NCBI GenBank assembly: GCA_964615885.1 | Contig: CAZTRG010000296.1 | Coordinates: 10,313 to 74,312, forward strand | From: an uncultured Planctomycetia bacterium | Lineage (GTDB): Bacteria; Planctomycetota; UBA8108 | Direction: 5' to 3' | DNA: 64,000 nt | In this document: positions 57,454-64,000 of the stretch, one piece after another | Numbering within the stretch: position 1 is the first letter of the stretch | Layout of the letters: each line of letters starts with the position of its first letter | Notes under the pieces: generated by a model | Told to the model about the DNA's origin: nothing | Databases searched by the model: none | What the model saw: only the letters and a program-made list of their open reading frames with translations | Translations under genes and position numbers: made by a program

Positions 57454-60135
57454 TCAGCGTTTCCTGCGGCGGTTCTTTTTCTTCTTCGCCGAGGTTGGAG
57501 CCGGCCTCTGTCCCGCCGACTTGTTTTTTGCCGGGTAGAGGGGCTCCTGGGGAGCCGAAACAGTGGCAGCTCCCTCCACCTCGAGATCCTCTTTGGCCAG
57601 CTGCGCCTTGATAATCTTGCTCTCAGCGATTCCGAGTGCCGCACTGGTCATGATGTAGAGCATGAAGCCGGCGGGGAAGGAATAGAAGATGACCCCGAAG
57701 AAGAGCATCATGAATTTCATCATTTTCTGCTGCGCCGCTTGCTGAGGCTCTTTCGCGGGTGGCTGCATATAGCTCTGGTTGACCAGGGTCAGGATCACAT
57801 ACAGAATCGGCAGGATGTTGAGGTGCCCGTAGAAAGGCCAGAAATTGAGGAGGCCGATAGTGTATTGCGGCCCCATAATCGCCCGGTCGAGCATATCAGG
57901 CCTGGTGAGGTCACCGATCCAGAGGAAGCTCGCCTGGCGTAATTCGATCGTGTAATCAAGACTGTAGATGATTCCAATCCAGATCGGCATCTGCAGGAAG
58001 ATCACCAGGCAGCCGAGCATCTGCTTGGCTGGGTTCACATTGTGCTTCTTCCAGAGCTTCTGGACCTCCTGGGAGTATTTCATACGGTCCGCGCCGTGTT
58101 TCTCCTGCAGGGCGTCCATCTCCGGCTTGATCTTGCCCATCACCTTGCCCATGCGCATCATGCCGCGCTGGTTTTTACGCGTGATCGGGTGCAGGCAGAT
58201 CTTGACGAGAACGGTCAGCAGGATGATGGCGGCCCCCCAGCCCCCGGTGATCCCATGCAGGAGGTGAAGGATCCCCATGAAAAACTTGATCAGGCCGCTT
58301 GTCATGCCCAGGTCATTGGCCCCATCCAGGTTCAGCCGGTCACCCGCTTTTATGAAATCACTGAAGCGGGGCCCCAGGTAGAGTCCGAACTCGATGGTCT
58401 GCGTCTTCTTTACCGGCAGCCTGCGCCGGCACTTGAACGCTGCCTCAAAGCTCTTGCGCTGCTCAAGGGCTTCCTTCAGTTTTGGATCTTTTACTGTTTC
58501 CAGCGGGTAGGGAATCGCAGCGACATGCAAACCCTCAACCCCTTCATCGAGGGGCCTCTCCCCCCTGGGAAACATAAGAGCTGTAAAGTAGGAATTGACC
58601 GTCGCCACCCAGGCGTAGCTGTCCTTTTTATCAAGGTTCGGGATCTCATCCGGATCTTTAACGCGAGCTTCGGCGCCTTCGCTGTTGGCGTAGTTGGTCG
58701 CCCAGGCAAACTGCATATCAAGGCCAACCCACCTTTCCGATGTAGTTGAAATGGCGCAGGGGCCATAGATCCTGAAGGGGAACCCCCTGATCGTCTTGTC
58801 CGATGTGTTGGTTAATTCAATCGTGACGTGGAGCAGGCGGCCGTCTGCATAAGCCGGTGCTTCACCAAGCACCCCGGAGAAATCTCCGTCGCCAGCAGGA
58901 GAAATTTTCTTACGGACAAGAATTTCGCTGCCCTCGAACCGGACCAGCTTCTCAAAGACAATCTCCCCGGGCTGATCCCCGCTCTGAACAATCTTCTCGC
59001 TCCAGGGGCCGCTCCAGCCATCAGCCAGGTCATCCGCAGGCTTTCCCGAAAGGGAACCCATCTCCAGGAGAATACGGCCGGCCTTTCGCTCCAGGAGAAG
59101 CGGTTGGTTTTCGCGGCCTTGATCTCCCTCCACCGCAGTCCATGTGTCCAGGAGGGTGACACCCGCGATGCCCCCCCTCTCAGAATCAACAGCTACCTTG
59201 AAGCGGTCGGGAACAAAGTCTTCCCAGGTTCTGTTGATCCTGAAAAGCTCTCCACCGATCCCATTGTCAGCGTAATTGATCATCTGCCCTGGCGCACTGC
59301 TGCCAAAGCTGAGATCAAAAGTGACCTCGCTGTCCCCATCGGCCAGCCCTCCCTCCAGGGCTATACCTTTTGCATCGGCCACTGCAGCCTCAGCCTTTTC
59401 CTCCACCGACAGGACTGCCAGGCGGTCAGACTTGCGCAAGGCAACCCATTCGGCCTCACCTTCGGTGCGCCCGCCCGGTTGCGCCGGGTCGAAGGCCCAG
59501 CTCCTGACCTCACCCTTCACACGGCTCGCCGCAATAACCCGGTCCCCTTCAGCTGAAAAAGATGGGCCATGAATGCGGTAGCGCAGGGGCTTCTCCAGGG
59601 GCTCGCCGCCGGCACCTTTGAAGGTCAGCTCAACGCTTAATTGCTGGATGTCATCTGCAACGGCATCGTCATCGGTGATCACCCTCGTGATCGTATAGGC
59701 ACCCGCCTTCCCCTCATCTTGCCAGACGTTCTTTTCAGGAGCCTTGTCTTCCCCCTGGAAATTCACCGGCTCGAAACCCGCAGCCCCCTCAATGCTCAAA
59801 CCCGCCGCACCGGCAGAGCCTGCAAGCTCTTTGCCGTCCTTGAGGAGCCTCCCCTCCTTCACCTCGATTCCGGCAGCCGTAGATGCGGGCTTCTCCGGTT
59901 CAGCGGGCTCAGTAAGCTCCCCAGGCTTCTGAGGCTTCTCCGAAGGAGCTTCACCGGGTTTTCCGGGCTTCAGCTCAGGCTGGGCAGGATCTTTCGCAGC
60001 GGGCTTCTTATTCCCACCCGCCAGGTTCGCTTCTTCCTTTTGAGCGTCCTTCTCCGCCGGCTTGGGCTGCAACGAAACCCAGAAAACCATCAGGGCGGCG
60101 GAACAAATGAAGGCAAGTATGTAGCGCGGTAACAT
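57454..60135 (-). CDS. yidC: Membrane protein insertase YidC, 893 aa, with an unusually large periplasmic domain
   Basis: N-terminal TM1. ~600-aa periplasmic region. C-terminal Oxa1 core (GWGAAIILLTVLVKICLHPITRKNQRGMMRM...MPIWIGIIYSL...). Lys/Arg-rich tail. Conserved yidC-mnmE order. Confidence 0.8.
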   Translation of the reverse strand: MLPRYILAFICSAALMVFWVSLQPKPAEKDAQKEEANLAGGNKKPAAKDPAQPELKPGKPGEAPSEKPQKPGELTEPAEPEKPASTAAGIEVKEGRLLKDGKELAGSAGAAGLSIEGAAGFEPVNFQGEDKAPEKNVWQDEGKAGAYTITRVITDDDAVADDIQQLSVELTFKGAGGEPLEKPLRYRIHGPSFSAEGDRVIAASRVKGEVRSWAFDPAQPGGRTEGEAEWVALRKSDRLAVLSVEEKAEAAVADAKGIALEGGLADGDSEVTFDLSFGSSAPGQMINYADNGIGGELFRINRTWEDFVPDRFKVAVDSERGGIAGVTLLDTWTAVEGDQGRENQPLLLERKAGRILLEMGSLSGKPADDLADGWSGPWSEKIVQSGDQPGEIVFEKLVRFEGSEILVRKKISPAGDGDFSGVLGEAPAYADGRLLHVTIELTNTSDKTIRGFPFRIYGPCAISTTSERWVGLDMQFAWATNYANSEGAEARVKDPDEIPNLDKKDSYAWVATVNSYFTALMFPRGERPLDEGVEGLHVAAIPYPLETVKDPKLKEALEQRKSFEAAFKCRRRLPVKKTQTIEFGLYLGPRFSDFIKAGDRLNLDGANDLGMTSGLIKFFMGILHLLHGITGGWGAAIILLTVLVKICLHPITRKNQRGMMRMGKVMGKIKPEMDALQEKHGADRMKYSQEVQKLWKKHNVNPAKQMLGCLVIFLQMPIWIGIIYSLDYTIELRQASFLWIGDLTRPDMLDRAIMGPQYTIGLLNFWPFYGHLNILPILYVILTLVNQSYMQPPAKEPQQAAQQKMMKFMMLFFGVIFYSFPAGFMLYIMTSAALGIAESKIIKAQLAKEDLEVEGAATVSAPQEPLYPAKNKSAGQRPAPTSAKKKKNRRRKR

Positions 60136-60409
60136 TTGCAGGAAGACCCGTTAACCAGTTCCATAAAATCAGCAGGAGCAACAAACAATAAAGTGTTGCA
60201 GAGGAAAGTCCACCCCTGCATTCACACTTTGTCCCGGCAATAGAAAAAGGGAACGGGCCGGGCCATTTCCGCGTTCACAAGTCCCCTCTGTAAAAAGAGA
60301 TCTGGCGAACCGCCGGAGAATCCCCGGGTTAAAAACCAGGCGGGTAAATAGCGCCGGTATCGACTGCGGAATGAGCGCCAGGAAACGCTACGGTCCCCGA
60401 GGAGTTGCC

Positions 60410-61183
60410 TTACTTTCCCTCTTTGAGCCTTTCGGCGAGGTACTCGGGCAGACCGGGGCTTTCTTCAAACCTTTTGAGGGTCCGCTCGATGTCGTATTCA
60501 ATGCGGCGGAAGTGGATCGCCTCGTCATCGATGACAACGTAGGAAGCTCTTGAGTCCCCATCGCGGGGCTGTCCGACCGAACCTACATTCACCATGACCC
60601 GCTCAGGGCGGGTGCTGTACTCGTAGCGGTTGTCGATCTGGGCCGGATCGAGAAAGAGGTAGGGCACGGACTGCGCAAAAACACCCGGATGATGGGTATG
60701 CCCTGCAAAACAGACCTTCCAGGACAGCTCCGGTGGAGATTCAAAGATTTCGTCCATCTTTGAACGGTCACGAATATCCTGTTTGAAAACGTACTCCCTG
60801 GTGGGGTCCCTCGGAGATCCATGCACGTAGAGGATCTCCCCCTCCTTGTGCTGCTTGGACAGGCCACCGATGAAATTCCACATTTCGCGGTTCTCATCCT
60901 CAGGGCTGTCAGGGAGGCTGAGCTGTTCCTTGGTCCAGTCGATGGCGGCCTTGGCCTTGGGATTGAATCCAATCGGACCGAACAGAACTGCCTCTTCGTG
61001 GTTGCCCAGGAGGTTAAGGCCGCACTTGCGGGCCATGAGGATACATTCACGTGGATCGGGACCGTAGCCGATGATATCGCCCAGGCAGTAAATGTCCTCA
61101 CACCCCTGCTCTTCAATATCAGCCATTACGGCTTCAAAGGCAGCCTGGTTCGCATGAATATCTGAGATGACAGCGCGCTTCAA
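60410..61183 (-). CDS. Calcineurin-like metallophosphoesterase
   Basis: Metal-site motifs ISDIHAN, CLGDIIGYGP, GNHE, YVHGSPRDP, HTHHPGVF. Confidence 0.7.
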   Translation of the reverse strand: MKRAVISDIHANQAAFEAVMADIEEQGCEDIYCLGDIIGYGPDPRECILMARKCGLNLLGNHEEAVLFGPIGFNPKAKAAIDWTKEQLSLPDSPEDENREMWNFIGGLSKQHKEGEILYVHGSPRDPTREYVFKQDIRDRSKMDEIFESPPELSWKVCFAGHTHHPGVFAQSVPYLFLDPAQIDNRYEYSTRPERVMVNVGSVGQPRDGDSRASYVVIDDEAIHFRRIEYDIERTLKRFEESPGLPEYLAERLKEGK

Positions 61184-61462
61184 GGAAAGTACACCTCAAT
61201 ACATGCGGTTAAATTCAGGAAGAAACCCATGATACTTATTTCTCCCCGCTTCTCCCCGCAGAGAAAATTGCCCTCGCGTAATGGAAAAAACCCGCTCCGA
61301 CCGACCGGGCCATTGAATACATCCACCACTGACTTCTCGTCGTGAGACGAACAAGAGCTTCTGCATTTCGTAAGACCCCACAAAACAAGGTGCTTACGAT
61401 TTTAAGCTGGGTACGATACCCCTCCATTTCAACTCTGTCAAGCTTCAACGACTCACCTGCAC

Positions 61463-63772
61463 CTATTCACAAATAGCGTCTTCTGTGGGATCAGGGCCGG
61501 GAGCCGGGAAGGGAGCCGGCGGATTGCCCGCCTGGTCTCCGGTGTCCCGCAGATAGCTCAGGAGTCTCATCAGATCGCCGAAATTGAGCTGGCCATCATC
61601 ATTGAGATCCGCCGCATCCCGGTTTTCAGGCCAGGCACCGGCGCCACCGAAGAGAAGACCTGAAAGGAGAGTTACATCGGAGTCTGTGACCTGGCGATCT
61701 CCGTCAATGTCACCCCGGACAAACTCCGGAGGCATCTCGTAAACCAGCAGGACCTCGTTCTGGATAAGAGTCAGCGGATCCCGCACAAGAACCTGGACCG
61801 GTCCGGCTGAATCCCTGCTCGGGCAGATAAAGCTCAGGTGCTGTTCAGAGTGGAAAACAAACCCGGAGCTGTCCACCTCCACTCCCTCAACGAACACTTC
61901 GCAGCGATCGGTGAAGCCAGCTCCAAAGACATCAACGGAGCTTCCACCGCATACGGTTACGGCTTCAGGCTGGATGAGGTTGACCTCTATGAAATTGGCA
62001 GCCTGCTTCTGCTCCTGGGAACACTCACCCTCTACAATCCCGAGCGGAGTCGGCAGCGAGAGGATCTCAAGAGCATCTGCGGCGGGGTCGAGAGGATCCA
62101 TCAGCTCGACTGAGACAAAGGCCTCGTCTCCGATGGGAAGACCCTCCTGTGGAGCCCGAACGAGCAGGCTCCGGCCATCACTGGAAACAGCGGGACGGCC
62201 GGAACGGTCAAAATGCTCCGCCACCAGCGCTTCACGACCATCGATCTCGAGCTTCACGACCGTACTGCTGGAGAAACCGGTCCCCTGGAGTTCAATAAAG
62301 TCGCCGCAATCGGCTCTCAGCGTTCCGATGTCGACCCCAAGCAGGCTGGGGGTCTCGAAAGAATAAGCTTCGCTGAGCACCACCACCTGGGAACCGACGG
62401 TAATTTCCACATCATAAGCCAGGCTGTTTTCCAGGGGGAGAATCGCCGGGCGCTGTCCCAGTGAATCCGGCACGACAAAGGACACCGCTGCCCTGCCCGT
62501 GGAGACCAGGTTAGCGGCAGACACCGTCAGGATGTCTCCTTCGCCCTCGGAGGGCAGAAGCCGGATCACCGGTACAAGGTCACCGTTACCGTTCAGGCCG
62601 ACCCCTGACAGTCCCACCTCGTTACCGCCGGTAAAGGGACCGGTGGCCGGTGAGATCGAGTGCAGCTGAACCTCGGGGAATTCACCGCCGAGTTCCAGGG
62701 TGGCATCAAAGAACGAATCGATCACCGGGCGGCCTGGAACAGCCTGCTCCGGGAAGAACGCAGTAGGCTGGTCAGCAGAAGATTCCTTCACAAAGGAGAT
62801 GGCTGAGAGAGTCCTGGGAGCATCGGAAGAAAGCCTGGACCGGAAGCTGAGGTTCAATATCGAGCCGTTTTCAAACGGTTGCAGCAAATCGGTCTCCAGG
62901 GTACCGAAATTAAAGCTGATCCAGCCAATTCTCAGATCGCCGGTGGAGTTGATATCAGCAAGAGATGAATCCGTCGGGAGGAAGATTTCCCCAAGGCCGG
63001 CTGCGACGGTGCCTGCCTGCTCGGGATCCACGGGCAGCAGCTCGAGCTCGGTGGGATCAAACTGCAGGTGAATGTTGAAGGCATTGAACTCGTAGCTGGG
63101 GATCTCAGCAGGCGCCCTCAGGCTTCCGCTGACCACCACATCCATCACCTGGTCGTCACCTGTGGGGGAAACGCCGAGCTTGAGGTAGCTGTTGGCAAAC
63201 TCGATCTGGCCATCGGCTGATTCAACAGAGCGGAACTTGTCAAACCCCTTGAACCGGATGCGGGCATCTTCGATCTCCAGGGAGGCCTGCCCGGGAAGTT
63301 CGGCTGGAAGCGCGGCCTCCAGCTTCACGATGGTCACCAGGGCGCCTGGGGTTTGCTCAACAGGCGAAAGGTCTCCCTCCCGCACCTCTATTTTCTGCAT
63401 CCCATCACCGAGGGGAATCCCGGCTGCAAGTGCGGGAGCCAGGATTGAAATCGATTCGGGAAGGATAAGGTCAAATTCTACGGCATCGATTTCCGCACCT
63501 GCCCCCGTTGTGAGGGGGAGCAATGCGAGAACCGGGATCTCAAAGGATGCCTCGCCAACAGCTGCAACCGTCGGGCCGATTGAAACCCTTGGCTCATAGA
63601 CAAGATCAGTACAGCTGGTTTGTTCCTGGCCGGCCCGGAGGCTGACCGTGTAGGAGCCCACGGGCTCCACTGAGTCGAAGAAAAATCCGGTATCACTCGG
63701 GAGAATGTCGGAAACAACCCGCACCCCGACCTCTTCACCGTCGATGAAATGGGCCATCTCCAGGGTCAACAT
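61463..63772 (-). CDS. Large secreted protein with IPT/TIG modules and a C-terminal dockerin-like double Ca-binding repeat. The N-terminus probably lies beyond the window end.
   Basis: IPT-like ISPATGPFTGGNEVGLSGVGL. C-terminal DIDGDRQVTDSDVTLLSGLL...DLNDDGQLNFGDLMRLLSYL (two dockerin-type EF-hand-like loops). The reading frame stays open upstream of the Met at 63772 for at least 80 nt. Confidence 0.55.
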   Translation of the reverse strand: MLTLEMAHFIDGEEVGVRVVSDILPSDTGFFFDSVEPVGSYTVSLRAGQEQTSCTDLVYEPRVSIGPTVAAVGEASFEIPVLALLPLTTGAGAEIDAVEFDLILPESISILAPALAAGIPLGDGMQKIEVREGDLSPVEQTPGALVTIVKLEAALPAELPGQASLEIEDARIRFKGFDKFRSVESADGQIEFANSYLKLGVSPTGDDQVMDVVVSGSLRAPAEIPSYEFNAFNIHLQFDPTELELLPVDPEQAGTVAAGLGEIFLPTDSSLADINSTGDLRIGWISFNFGTLETDLLQPFENGSILNLSFRSRLSSDAPRTLSAISFVKESSADQPTAFFPEQAVPGRPVIDSFFDATLELGGEFPEVQLHSISPATGPFTGGNEVGLSGVGLNGNGDLVPVIRLLPSEGEGDILTVSAANLVSTGRAAVSFVVPDSLGQRPAILPLENSLAYDVEITVGSQVVVLSEAYSFETPSLLGVDIGTLRADCGDFIELQGTGFSSSTVVKLEIDGREALVAEHFDRSGRPAVSSDGRSLLVRAPQEGLPIGDEAFVSVELMDPLDPAADALEILSLPTPLGIVEGECSQEQKQAANFIEVNLIQPEAVTVCGGSSVDVFGAGFTDRCEVFVEGVEVDSSGFVFHSEQHLSFICPSRDSAGPVQVLVRDPLTLIQNEVLLVYEMPPEFVRGDIDGDRQVTDSDVTLLSGLLFGGAGAWPENRDAADLNDDGQLNFGDLMRLLSYLRDTGDQAGNPPAPFPAPGPDPTEDAICE

Positions 63773-64000
63773 CCCCTCTCCATAGCCACGCCAGGGTTCA
63801 CTCCAGCTGACCTCGACACCGCCGGATTCCTTGCGGCAGGCGAGTCCGACATCTGAGATGTCCGGAGCAGAGACGGTAAAGGAGAGGAAGGAAATCGTTT
63901 CGCTCTCAACCAGGGAACCAGGCCCGAGACCACCGCAGTTCTGCCCAATGCCGATTTTCTTGGAGGCCGTAAGGCTCAGGGTATAAGTTCCCGCAGCAGC

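Noticed and set aside
1-64000. Search for tRNA/rRNA, CRISPR arrays, IS elements, integrases and obvious prophage or defence islands
   Set aside because: No T-loop-like GTTCGA/GTTCAA contexts in any intergenic region. No direct-repeat arrays and no transposase-, integrase- or nuclease-like ORFs. The window looks like core chromosome rather than a mobile or defence island.

Overview
High-GC (~60-63%) bacterial chromosomal window that is almost entirely coding. The gene content suggests a diderm from the PVC superphylum, possibly Planctomycetota (inference, low confidence); the gene content pointing that way is an 893-aa YidC, giant IPT/TIG and glycine-rich lipoproteins, dockerin-like and squalene-cyclase-like repeat proteins, and the presence of lptE/bamD, sigma-54 EBPs, MoxR/BatA-type operons and a eukaryote-length IMPDH. 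From 0.7 to 29.9 kb nearly all genes lie on the minus strand; 30.4 to 35.7 kb is a plus-strand housekeeping block (guaB, guaA, ribH, nusB, ftsY). The rest is mixed.

Recognisable core genes include sucC (5' partial at the window start), dapA, glmM, the cdaR-cdaA c-di-AMP module, folP, lptE-like, bamD-like, recO, a CNNM/CorC transporter, smc, nrdR, mnmE, yidC, guaB/guaA and ribH-nusB-ftsY.

The most unusual content is:
1. A ~16-kb co-directional operon (13.5-29.9 kb): MoxR AAA+ ATPase -> DUF58 -> two long BatA_N+VWA membrane proteins -> secreted PQQ-like beta-propeller -> secreted squalene-cyclase-like repeat protein -> 2-TM membrane protein -> 1047-aa secreted coiled-coil protein carrying a genomic (CAG/CAA)n polyglutamine tract.
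2. A three-gene operon of a degenerate (Walker-B-less, GAFTGA-less) sigma-54-activator-like AAA+ protein, an HD-GYP phosphodiesterase and a FleQ-like EBP with a non-phosphorylatable receiver.
3. nrdR followed by an ATP-cone protein with NrdD-like (class III RNR) N-terminal motifs but no recognisable glycyl-radical motif and no adjacent activase.
4. A 1551-aa glycine-repeat lipoprotein next to a 940-bp AT-richer non-coding divergent region.

I found no tRNA, rRNA, CRISPR array, transposase or integrase. Many long ORFs in the supplied track are antisense artefacts of the high GC content and were rejected.
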